Assembly (NCBI GenBank): GCA_963814585.1
Contig: CAWFDF010000013.1
Location: 91,946 to 155,945 of the forward strand
Direction: 5' to 3'
Source: an uncultured delta proteobacterium
GTDB lineage: Bacteria; Myxococcota; Myxococcia; Myxococcales; Anaeromyxobacteraceae
DNA: 64,000 bases
This document shows, piece by piece, positions 37,740 to 46,166 of the stretch. Position 1 is the stretch's first letter; every line of letters starts with the position of its first letter. The notes beneath the pieces are model-generated. The model saw only the letters and a program-made list of their open reading frames with translations, ran no database searches and was not told where the DNA came from. Position numbers and translations under genes: made by a program.

Positions 37740-39174
37740 ATGATCCCCCTCCCCTCCGACGAGGTGGTGGACGGCTGGAGGTCCCGCTCGCGCCCGCTGG
37801 AGGAGGCGGAGCTGGCGCTGGTCCGGGCCGTGGTGACCCGGCCGCCCTGGATCGACGAGCCGGCCGAGCACGCGCTCCGCTACGCCCTCAACCTGGCGCG
37901 CCTCTCGGTCATCCGGCTGCCCGACGGGACCGACCTCGAGGTGGCCGGCTTCCTCGCCGCCTACCGCGACGAGCTGGTGCCGGTGGCCACCTCGCTCCTC
38001 GCCCAGCCGTCCCGGATCGACGCGGCCTCGGTGGCCGGGCTGGTGCCGCACCTCGGCGTCCCGGGCCCGGGCCTGGCGAGGCCTGCTGCTGGCCGCCTTC
38101 GAGGGCCGGCTCACCGCCGCGACGCTCGACCGCGAGTGCTGCGAGAAGGCGCTGCTGCTGGTCTGCGGCGGCGGCGGCGGCGTGGCCTGGTCCTACCTCG
38201 GGGCCTTCGACCTGCTGTCGCAGTTTGGCCTGACGCCCCGGCTGCTGGCCGGCACCAGCATGGGAGCGGCGCTGGCCCTCTTCCGGGCCCGCTCGCTGCG
38301 CTGGGACGCCGAGGAGGTCGCCTCGGTGCTGAAGGGGCTCTCCTTCCGGACGCTCTTCCGCTTCCTCCGCGTCGAGTCGCGCTACGGCCTGCCGGCGGCG
38401 ATGCGGCTCTACCTCCGCACCGCCGTCATCGACCACCTGCAGGGGCCGGGCGGCGAGCCGCCGACGCTGGGAGACCTGCCCATCCCGCTGGTGGTCGCCT
38501 GCGCCGGCCTGCGCACCGGCGCGCTGCCGCGCGAGCCCGAGTACTACGAGCACCTGCTCGACCCGCACGACGGAGAGCCCCTGGAGCCGCTCTCCAGGCG
38601 GGTGCCCATCGACCTCCTCAAGGTGGTGGGCGAGCTGATGTCGCAGCGCGACCGGTTCGCGCGCCTCTACCTCGGCGCCGAGGAGGGGACGGCCGACTTC
38701 GACGCCATCGACGCGGTCGGCTTCTCCTCCGCGCTCCCCGGCGTCATCCACTACGACGTGCTGCGCGAGGATCCGCGCATGTGCGCCCTGCTCGACGACC
38801 TCTTCCGCCGGCGCGATCTCTTCCGGCTGGTCGACGGAGGGCTGGTCGACAACCTGCCGGCGCGGCCGGTCTGGGGGCTGGCGCAGGCCGGCGCCATCGG
38901 CACCCGCAACACCTTCGTCCTGGGCCTGGAGGGCTTCGGCCCGAAGCGCTCGCAGCCGCTCTGGTACGGGCTGGAGCAGATCGCGGCGCAGAACGTGGCC
39001 CGGAGCAGGCCCTTCGTCAGCCTGCTGCGGAGCTACCAGCGCGTGCTCTCGCCGCTCGAGGTGGTGCCGGGTCGGGCGGCGCTGAGGAAGGCCGTGCAGG
39101 CCGGGCGCGCCGAGCTGCTCCCCGACATGCCGCTGGTGGCACGGCTCTGCCGGCCATTCCCGGCCCTGAACTGA
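37740..39174 (+). CDS. Patatin-like phospholipase, +1 frameshift near 38055
   Basis: CGGGGG, AGTSMG (GxSxG), DGG motifs; N-terminal frame 37740 joins the 38182 frame after removing one G. Confidence 0.8.
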
Positions 39175-39310
39175 GTGCCCCGGCCCAGGCCCGCCGCCGG
39201 AGCCCGTGCGGGAAGCTGCCCAGGTACCCAATCGGGTACCGCGGTTCGTCGAACCCAGCAGGATTAGACCCATCTGGACGGTAGTTGAACGCCTGTGAGG
39301 GGTACGCTCA

Positions 39311-39350
39311 GTCAATCCGATTGACCTGTCACCTCCCTTTCGGCTAGATT
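39311..39350 (+). promoter_or_regulatory. Sigma70-like promoter with an operator-like palindrome over the -35
   Basis: TTGACC (39321)-N18-TAGATT (39345); GTCAATC-C-GATTGAC at 39311-39325. Confidence 0.5.
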
Positions 39351-39461
39351 CCCGACCCCTTGCGGCATTTTATGAAAAACCGCAACTATTTCCATAGCTT
39401 GCGCTGTACGGGCCCGACATGGGATCGCCCCGACGGCAGGCAGGCCTGAGGTGAAGACATA

Positions 39462-40226
39462 ATGCGGACCCGTTACGTCGATTTCGACGATCGCCACGAA
39501 GACCTGGCCGAGCGGATGCGCGCCGCACCGCGGATCGCCGACGACTTCCTGCGGAAGTGGGAGGTCTCGTGGCTCTTCCACGAGAACGCGCTGGAGGGGA
39601 TCGTCTACACCAGCCAGGAGCTGGAGCTCGGCCTCGAGAACCAGCCCATCGCCGACGTCACCTTCGTGGGCGCCCTGAGGGACATCCGGAACCACAAGAC
39701 CGCGCTCGAGCTGTGCCGGGCCGAGGCCCGGAACAAGAAGCTCAAGCTCAACCTGACCACGCTGAAGAAGCTCTACGAGCTGCTCACCTCCGGCATCGAG
39801 GGGCGCAACGCGGCGGAGTGGCGCAAGGACATGCCGCTCCACCGGAGCTACTTCCACGAGATCGCGCAGCCGGCCAGGATCCTTCCCGGGCTGCAGAAGG
39901 TCTTCGAGGCCACCGAGACGGCCGAGTTCCGCAACGCCCACGCCATCCAGCGCGCGGCGCGGCTCCACCACGGCCTCATGCAGGTCTTCCCCTACACCGA
40001 CAACACCGGGCGGATCGCGCGCCTCTTCTCCAACATGATCCTGTTCCAGGCCGGCTACCTGCCGGTCATCGTCCACGCCACCGATCGTCAGCGGTACTAC
40101 GAGTCGCTCCGGCAGCCCGAGGGGGCGCTGCGCGAGCTGACCATGGACGCCATCGCCAACGGCCTCGAGCACGCCGAGAAGTTCTTCGCGCAGGCGTCCG
40201 CCGAGGCGCGGACCCAGCTCAGGTAG
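39462..40226 (+). CDS. Fic-family protein with degenerate active site
   Basis: HENALEG inhibitory-helix-like motif, IRNH, VFPYTDNTGRIAR in place of HPFxDGNGRxxR, DRQRYYESL; GAGGTG RBS. Confidence 0.85.
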   Translation: MRTRYVDFDDRHEDLAERMRAAPRIADDFLRKWEVSWLFHENALEGIVYTSQELELGLENQPIADVTFVGALRDIRNHKTALELCRAEARNKKLKLNLTTLKKLYELLTSGIEGRNAAEWRKDMPLHRSYFHEIAQPARILPGLQKVFEATETAEFRNAHAIQRAARLHHGLMQVFPYTDNTGRIARLFSNMILFQAGYLPVIVHATDRQRYYESLRQPEGALRELTMDAIANGLEHAEKFFAQASAEARTQLR

Positions 40227-40405
40227 GGCGGGGATCGCCTCGAACCAGCCCCGGCTGGGTCCCATCGAACGGGACCCTCCCGGGGCGCGTCGCTTTTCAA
40301 GCAATTGAATTTACTGATATTTCAAGCTACCCTGAGACGGTGGACGGGACGGTGGACGGCGCTCATGGCGGCGCCGGCCCGCCCTGTTGTATAGGTCCGC
40401 CCCCG

Positions 40406-41230
40406 ATGCTCCTCGGCGCACATGAAGGGATTGCGGGTGGGGTCTCCACGGCGTTCGCCCGCGCCGAGGAAGACGGCGCCGAGTGCCTGCAGATCTTCAC
40501 GCGCAACGCCCGGGGTTGGGCCGCCAAGCCGCTCGAGGCCGACGAGGTCTCCCGCTTCCGCGCCGAAGCCAGGCGGACCGGCATGCCGGCCGCCGCCCAC
40601 TCCAGCTACCTCATCAACGCCGCCGCCGGCGACCCCGAGATCCGGCGGAAGAGCTGGAGCGGCCTCGCCGACGAGCTGACGCGCTGCGAGCAGCTCGGCC
40701 TCTTCGCCCTCATCTTCCATCCCGGCTCCAACCCCGACGAGGCGGCGGGGCTGGAGCTGGTCGCCGAAGGCATGGCGCGGGCGCTCGAGGCGGTCCCGGG
40801 CAAGGTCAAGCTCCTCACCGAGACCACCGCCGGCCAGGGCTCCAGCCTCGGACACACCTTCGAGCAGCTGGCCGTCATCAGGGAGCGCATCCCCGCGGCG
40901 CTGCGCCGCCGCACCGGGGTCTGCGTCGACACCTGCCACATCTTCGCCGCCGGCCACGACCTGACCACCGAGGAGGGGTACGCGGCGACCTTCGAGAGGC
41001 TCGACGCCACCCTCGGGCTCGGCCTCGTCCACGCCTTCCACCTCAACGACTCGAAGAAGGGGCTCGGCTCGCGCGTCGACCGGCACGAGCACATCGGCGA
41101 GGGCCTGCTCGGCCTCTCCCCGTTCCGCCGGCTGGTGAACGACCCTCGGTTCGCCAAGGTTCCCGGGTTCCTCGAGACCGACCTGCGCTACCGCGAGAAC
41201 CTCTCGGTGCTCCGCTCGCTCATCGCATGA
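40406..41230 (+). CDS. nfo: Endonuclease IV
   Basis: GAH, QIFTRN, HSSYLIN, FHPG, ETTAGQG, DTCH, HLNDSK, DRHEHIG. Confidence 0.94.
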   Translation: MLLGAHEGIAGGVSTAFARAEEDGAECLQIFTRNARGWAAKPLEADEVSRFRAEARRTGMPAAAHSSYLINAAAGDPEIRRKSWSGLADELTRCEQLGLFALIFHPGSNPDEAAGLELVAEGMARALEAVPGKVKLLTETTAGQGSSLGHTFEQLAVIRERIPAALRRRTGVCVDTCHIFAAGHDLTTEEGYAATFERLDATLGLGLVHAFHLNDSKKGLGSRVDRHEHIGEGLLGLSPFRRLVNDPRFAKVPGFLETDLRYRENLSVLRSLIA

Positions 41231-42372
41231 AGACGCACCCCGCCACGACCCCGCACCCCGCCGCGCCGCCCGCACGCGCCGGCCGCGCCATCCGGGCGCA
41301 CCGGATGACGCTCCACCCGCGCTCCGGCGGGTCGGCGGCGGCCAAGCTCGACAAGCTCGTCGCCTTCGCCAAGGGGCACCGCCGGGCGCTGGTGCTCACC
41401 CACGACAACCCGGATCCCGACTCGCTGGCCTCGGGCGTGGCGCTGGCGTGGCTGCTCGGCGAGCTGGCCGGCGTCGAGGCCAAGGTGGCCTACGGCGGGA
41501 TCGTGGGACGCGCCGAGAACCGCGCCCTGATCCGCCAGCTCAAGCTGCCGGTGGTGCCGGTGTCGCGCGTGGTCTTCGACGACTACGACATGATCTGCAT
41601 GGTGGACACGCAGCCGGAGCAGGGGAACCACTCGCTCCCCCGGCGCCACTTCCCCGACGTGGTCATCGACCACCACCCGGTGCGGCCCGACACCCGCCAC
41701 GCCTCCGTCGCCGACGTCGGCGGCCCCATCGGCGCCACCTCCACGGTGGTGGTCGAGTACCTGCGCGCCAGCAAGCTCGAGGTGCCGCCGGCCATCGCCA
41801 CCGCCCTCTTCTACGGCATCAAGGCCGACACCCGCGACCTCGGACGGCAGACCACCCCCCAGGACGTCGAGGCCTACCTCTGGCTCTTCCCGCGCGCCGA
41901 CAAGGACGCCATGGGGCAGATCGAGCACCCGCCCCTCTCGCTCGAGTACTTCGCCCTCTCCCGCACCGCCATCGACCGGGCCGAGGTCCACGGCCACGCG
42001 GTGGTGCTGCCGCTGGGAACGCTCTACGCCCCGGACATGGTCGCCGAGGTGGCCGAGCGCTTCCTCTACCTGGAGGGGATGCGCTGGTCGCTCGCCTTCG
42101 GCGTCTACGAGGGCGACCTGTACTACTCGGTCCGCACCACCGACCGGCGCACCAACGCGGGCAAGCTGATCCGCGAGGTCATCGAGCCTCGCGGCGGGTC
42201 GGCCGGGGGCCACGGCACCATGGCCGGCGCCCGGCTCCCGGCGCGGGACCTGAAGCCGGCGGCGCTGAAGAGGCTCTCCGACGCCGTGGTCCGCGACTTC
42301 CTGGCCGCCTTCGGCGAGCAGGGACGTGGCGTGAAGCGCATCGGCGCCCCGAGGTCGAGGCCGGCCAGGTAG
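41227..42372 (+). CDS. DHH/DHHA1 phosphoesterase (NrnA-like)
   Basis: HDNPDPD, VDT, IDHH, GIKADT, GGHG; alternative start ATG 41305. Confidence 0.87.
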   Translation: MKTHPATTPHPAAPPARAGRAIRAHRMTLHPRSGGSAAAKLDKLVAFAKGHRRALVLTHDNPDPDSLASGVALAWLLGELAGVEAKVAYGGIVGRAENRALIRQLKLPVVPVSRVVFDDYDMICMVDTQPEQGNHSLPRRHFPDVVIDHHPVRPDTRHASVADVGGPIGATSTVVVEYLRASKLEVPPAIATALFYGIKADTRDLGRQTTPQDVEAYLWLFPRADKDAMGQIEHPPLSLEYFALSRTAIDRAEVHGHAVVLPLGTLYAPDMVAEVAERFLYLEGMRWSLAFGVYEGDLYYSVRTTDRRTNAGKLIREVIEPRGGSAGGHGTMAGARLPARDLKPAALKRLSDAVVRDFLAAFGEQGRGVKRIGAPRSRPAR

Positions 42373-42377
42373 CGGCG

Positions 42378-42568
42378 GCCGCTGCCGAGAGGGCGCGCCG
42401 TCAGGCGAGAGGAGCACGTGGGCGGACTGCCTCCTGGCCGAGGCAACGGGCCGCGGTCGACCGGCGCGCGACTTTCGCAGCCCCAGTGCCGCCCGCCCTC
42501 GCGGACTCGCCGCTGGCGAGAAGGCGCGCCGTCAGGCGCGGGGAGCGCGCAGGTGGACCGCGGCCCGG
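42378..42568. repeat. Composite intergenic repeat (direct copy - inverted copy - direct copy)
   Basis: 53-bp imperfect direct repeats at 42378-42430 and 42509-42561 sharing GGCGCGCCGTCAGGCG; 42442-42469 is an inverted copy of 42545-42572. Confidence 0.65.
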
Positions 42569-42596
42569 TGCCGTCGGGCCTGCGAGCCGCGACGGG

Positions 42597-43532
42597 TCAC
42601 GCCTGTCGCGGCAGCCCCGGCCTGGTCGCCCCGAACAGGCCGCGCACCACCGCCGCGATCGCCAGCGGTGTCCCGATGGCGGCGTCGTAGCGGGCGGCGA
42701 TGGCCGTGGCGAAGGCGGCGGCGCTCTCCCACCGGTCCTCCGGGTTCGTCACCAGGCAGCGGAGCGTCAGGCTGTCGAGCCCGGCCGGCACCTCCGGGCG
42801 CAGCTCCGAAGGGGCACGCAGCTGGCCGGACAGGATGCGCTCGCCGACCTCCTCGACCGTGGTGCCCGGGAAGGCGCGCTGGTTGGTGAGCAGCTCGAAG
42901 AGGACGGCGCCGAGCGCGAAGAGGTCGGTGCGCGGCGTGAGCGGACCCCCTCGCAGCTGCTCGGGCGCCAGGTAGTGGATCTTCCCGAACGCCCCCTGCC
43001 GCGCCTCCTTGGTGGCGCCAGGCGTGAGGGCCACGCCGAAGTCGCCCAGCTTCACCTCGCCGAGCCGGGAGATGAAGACGTTGGACGGCGAGACGTCGCA
43101 GTGGACGATGCCGAGCGGACGCCCCTCGCGGTCGACGCCGGCGTGGGCGTGGTCGAGCGCCAGCGCCAGCTGGTGGGCGAGGTAGGCGCCGAAGTCGACG
43201 GGGAGCAGGATGCCTCGCTGGGCGCACTGCGAGAGGATCTGCCTGAGGTTCTTCCCGTCGACCAGGTCCATCACCAGGTAGGGCCGCCCGCCCTCGACCC
43301 CGGCGTCGAAGACGTCGATCACGGCCGGGTGGTGGAGCCGCCGGGTGATCAGCGCCTCCTGCCGGAAGAGCTCGACGTACTCGGGGTCCTTCGCCAGCTC
43401 GGGCTTCAGCTGCTTGACCGCCACCTCCTGGCCGGCGCGCGGGCCGGCCAGCACCGTGGCCCGGTAGACGTCGGCCATCCCCCCCTTGCCGATCAGGGCG
43501 GTGAGCTCGTAGCCGGCGAAGCGGGTCCCCAT
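42597..43532 (-). CDS. Ser/Thr protein kinase (non-RD, HCD)
   Basis: IGKGGMADVY, VAVK, HCDVSPSN, DFG, YLAPE. Confidence 0.9.
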   Translation of the reverse strand: MGTRFAGYELTALIGKGGMADVYRATVLAGPRAGQEVAVKQLKPELAKDPEYVELFRQEALITRRLHHPAVIDVFDAGVEGGRPYLVMDLVDGKNLRQILSQCAQRGILLPVDFGAYLAHQLALALDHAHAGVDREGRPLGIVHCDVSPSNVFISRLGEVKLGDFGVALTPGATKEARQGAFGKIHYLAPEQLRGGPLTPRTDLFALGAVLFELLTNQRAFPGTTVEEVGERILSGQLRAPSELRPEVPAGLDSLTLRCLVTNPEDRWESAAAFATAIAARYDAAIGTPLAIAAVVRGLFGATRPGLPRQA

Positions 43533-43536
43533 GCGG

Positions 43537-44397
43537 TCACATCCGGACACGGACCAGCGCCTGGTAGGCGGGCAGGTCGCGCAGGCTGGCCAGGTCGGGG
43601 TCCTCGCCGATCCCCTCCGCCGTGACGTAGCCGTTGACCGCGGCGATCTGCAGGTAGCGGAGCGCCAGGTCGGGCTGGCCGGTGAGGGCGTAGACGCAGG
43701 CCATGTTGTAGTAGGCGTCGCCGAAGTCGGGGTCGACGCCCAGGGCCTTCTTGTACCACTCGAGCGCGGACTGGAAGTCGTCGCGCATCCGCCAGGTGAC
43801 GCCGACGCCGTTGTAGGCCTCGGGCAGGCGAGGGTCGAGCGCCACCGCCTCCTCGAACCGGGCGCGGGCCTTCTCGAAGTTGCCCTCGGAGAGCCAGGCC
43901 GCGCCGTCGCGCAGCGCCTCCCGGGCGCGCCCGGTGGCGCTCGGGGCCGGCCGGGCGGCCGGCGCTGGCTTCACCTTGGGTGTCGAGAGACCGGAGCTCG
44001 CCGCGACGGCTGGCGGGAGGCGGGTGAAGGCGATCCCGCCGCTGCGGCCGATGGGCGCCTGGCAGCCCGCCGCCACGTGGACGGCCCCGGAGAGCCCCTT
44101 GGGCCCCACCAGCAGCACGCCCTTGGCCCAGGCCTCGGGCGCGGCGCAGCCGGCCTGGCAGACCCGCACCTCGCCGGCCAGCGAGTCGTCGAGCAGCGTG
44201 GCCCGCAGCACCAGGTCTCCCTTCTTGAAGCGGCACGGGCCCGTCGGCGCCACCAGCGTGGCGCGGTAGGTGGTCCCGTCGCCCCCGATCCGGACCCGCC
44301 CCAGCGGCGAATCGTACTCACCGTCGATGGGCGGGACCGCCTGGGCCGCGCCCACCAGCAGCAGCAGCGCCAGCGCGGCTCGAAGAAAGCTCCTCAT
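43537..44397 (-). CDS. Secreted TPR-repeat protein
   Basis: Signal peptide; AYNGVG, AYYNMACVYA, DPDLASLR TPR/TPR-end motifs. Confidence 0.8.
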   Translation of the reverse strand: MRSFLRAALALLLLVGAAQAVPPIDGEYDSPLGRVRIGGDGTTYRATLVAPTGPCRFKKGDLVLRATLLDDSLAGEVRVCQAGCAAPEAWAKGVLLVGPKGLSGAVHVAAGCQAPIGRSGGIAFTRLPPAVAASSGLSTPKVKPAPAARPAPSATGRAREALRDGAAWLSEGNFEKARARFEEAVALDPRLPEAYNGVGVTWRMRDDFQSALEWYKKALGVDPDFGDAYYNMACVYALTGQPDLALRYLQIAAVNGYVTAEGIGEDPDLASLRDLPAYQALVRVRM

Positions 44398-44431
44398 TTC
44401 GCCATCCTACCCCTGCGCGGCACCGTCGTGC

Positions 44432-44460
44432 TTGACAGCCTCGGAGGGGAGGCCTAGTAT
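44432..44460 (+). promoter_or_regulatory. Sigma70 promoter for 6S RNA-ygfA-ymdB
   Basis: TTGACA-N17-TAGTAT. Confidence 0.8.
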
Positions 44461-44524
44461 CCAGGATATGAGAAAACACGCGTTAAAACGCGTGGTTACG
44501 TTCTTTCAACTTCAGCATCGCCTT

Positions 44525-44718
44525 GCCCCCTGCCGGGTTCGTGATTGGCCTCGTGTCGTTTGGGCCGACTTGTAATGAAGAGTGGCTCCCGGCCGGTTCC
44601 ATGAGCAAGCTCCCACCGCAGCAGAGGGAGAAGCCTACGGCGCCGGTCCTGTTCACGGAAGCCCCACCTATGGAGACATAGGTCCAAGCAACCGGAGCAC
44701 ACGGCCCACGCGGGGGGC
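44525..44718 (+). ncRNA. ssrS: 6S RNA
   Basis: 5' GCCCCCTGCCGGGTTCGTG pairs with 3' CACGGCCCACGCGGGGGGC, ~194-nt rod followed by a T-run, directly upstream of 5-FTHF cyclo-ligase (classic synteny). Confidence 0.82.
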
Positions 44719-44742
44719 TTTTTTCTCGTCATCTGGCGTAGC

Positions 44743-45348
44743 ATGCGCCGCGCCATGCCCCCCGACATCAAGGCCCTCAAGCGGGAACTCCGCGCCGGCC
44801 TGATCGCGGCCCGCGCCCAGCTCACGCCAGCCGAGCGGCACGCCCGATCGGTCGCCATCGCCGGGCGGCTCGCCTCGCTGGAGCCGTTCGTCGCGGCCGC
44901 GACCGTGGGGCTCTACGCCCCGCTCGGGACCGAGGTCGACGTCCACCAGGTCGCGCTCACCGTGCTGGCCCGGGGCGGCCGGGTCGCCTACCCACGCTCG
45001 CTCGCCGGCGATCGGCGGATGGTCTTCTGCGCCTGCCCGCCGGAGGAGCTGGTGCGCGGCCCCTTCGGCGCCGGCGAGCCGCCACCCGGAGCCCGCCAGG
45101 TGCCGCTCTCCGAGATCCCCTGCTTCGTGGTCCCCGGCATCGGCTTCTCGCGCGACGGCCTGCGGCTGGGGCGCGGCGGAGGCCACTACGACGTCACCCT
45201 GAAGCAGGCCCCCGGTGCCTTCCGCATCGGCGTGGCCTTCGACCTCCAGCTCCGCCCCGAGCTCCCGAGCGAGCCTCACGACGTGACCCTCGACGCCGTC
45301 GTGACCGAGCGGGAGACGCTCCTCTTCCCCCGGCAGGTGAACCCGTGA
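44743..45348 (+). CDS. ygfA: 5-formyltetrahydrofolate cyclo-ligase
   Basis: KALKRELR, TEVD, VVPGIGF, RLGRGGGHYD, EPHDVTLDAVVTE; alternative start 44755. Confidence 0.92.
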   Translation: MRRAMPPDIKALKRELRAGLIAARAQLTPAERHARSVAIAGRLASLEPFVAAATVGLYAPLGTEVDVHQVALTVLARGGRVAYPRSLAGDRRMVFCACPPEELVRGPFGAGEPPPGARQVPLSEIPCFVVPGIGFSRDGLRLGRGGGHYDVTLKQAPGAFRIGVAFDLQLRPELPSEPHDVTLDAVVTERETLLFPRQVNP

Positions 45349-46139
45349 AGGTGCTCTTCCTCGGCGACGTCTTCGGCAAGCCCGGACGGCAGGCCGTGCA
45401 GCGACTGGTGCCGCGCCTCATCTCCCGCCACGGCCTCGACCTGGTGGTGGCCAACGCCGAGAACGCGGCCTCCGGGGCCGGCGTCACGCCGGAGCTGGCC
45501 GAGGAGCTGCTCGCCGCCGAGGTGGACCTGCTCACCAGCGGCAACCACATCTGGTCGAAGCGCGAGATCGGCCCCTACCTCGACAAGGCCGGCTGCCGCC
45601 TGCTCCGGCCCGCCAACTACCCTCCCGGCGCCCCCGGGCGGGGCCGCGGCATCGCCGTCACCCCCGACGGCCGCAGGCTCGGCGTCATCAACCTCGAGGG
45701 GCGGGTCTTCATGAAGACCCTCGACGACCCCTTCCGCGTGGTGCTCGACGAGCTGGCGGCGCTCCGGCAGGAGGGCTGCACGGCCGTCCTCGTCGACATG
45801 CACTGCGAGGCCACCAGCGAGAAGAACGCCATGGGCTGGTTCCTCGACGGCAAGGTCTCGGCCGTGCTGGGCACGCACACCCACGTGCAGACCGCCGACC
45901 AGCGGGTGCTGCCGGGCGGCACCGCCTTCATCACCGACGTGGGCATGTGCGGTCCGTGGGACTCGATCATCGGCGTGCGCAAGGAGCTGGTGCTGGAGCG
46001 CTTCACCACCCAGCGCCCCATGGCCTTCGAGCCGGCGAAGCGCGAGGTCCACCTGCAGGGCGCCATCGTCGACATCGACGACGCCACCGGCAAGGCCCGG
46101 TCGATCGACCGGGTGCAGGAGCGGCTGGAGGAGACCTGA
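45345..46139 (+). CDS. YmdB-like metallophosphoesterase (TIGR00282)
   Basis: LFLGDVFGKPGR, ANAEN, TSGNH, RPANYP, DMHCEATSEK, GTHTHVQTAD. Confidence 0.93.
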   Translation: MKVLFLGDVFGKPGRQAVQRLVPRLISRHGLDLVVANAENAASGAGVTPELAEELLAAEVDLLTSGNHIWSKREIGPYLDKAGCRLLRPANYPPGAPGRGRGIAVTPDGRRLGVINLEGRVFMKTLDDPFRVVLDELAALRQEGCTAVLVDMHCEATSEKNAMGWFLDGKVSAVLGTHTHVQTADQRVLPGGTAFITDVGMCGPWDSIIGVRKELVLERFTTQRPMAFEPAKREVHLQGAIVDIDDATGKARSIDRVQERLEET

Positions 46140-46166
46140 GCCCGGGGCCGGGGGTAGATTGGGACC

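Noticed and set aside
34598..39174. Programmed frameshifting in glnE or patatin
   Set aside because: No slippery heptamer or stimulatory signal at the shift sites; single duplicated bases fit sequencing error
37740..42372. Patatin-Fic-nfo-DHH as an anti-phage (CBASS-like) system
   Set aside because: No cyclase or other defence hallmark; the genes are separated by independent promoter regions, have host-like codon usage and sit among housekeeping genes
42378..42572. CRISPR array
   Set aside because: Only two degenerate copies plus an inverted one, no regular spacers, no cas genes
44468..44575. Leader peptide MRKHALKRVVTFFQ...
   Set aside because: Starts at about the predicted TSS, runs into the 6S RNA stem and has atypical codon usage
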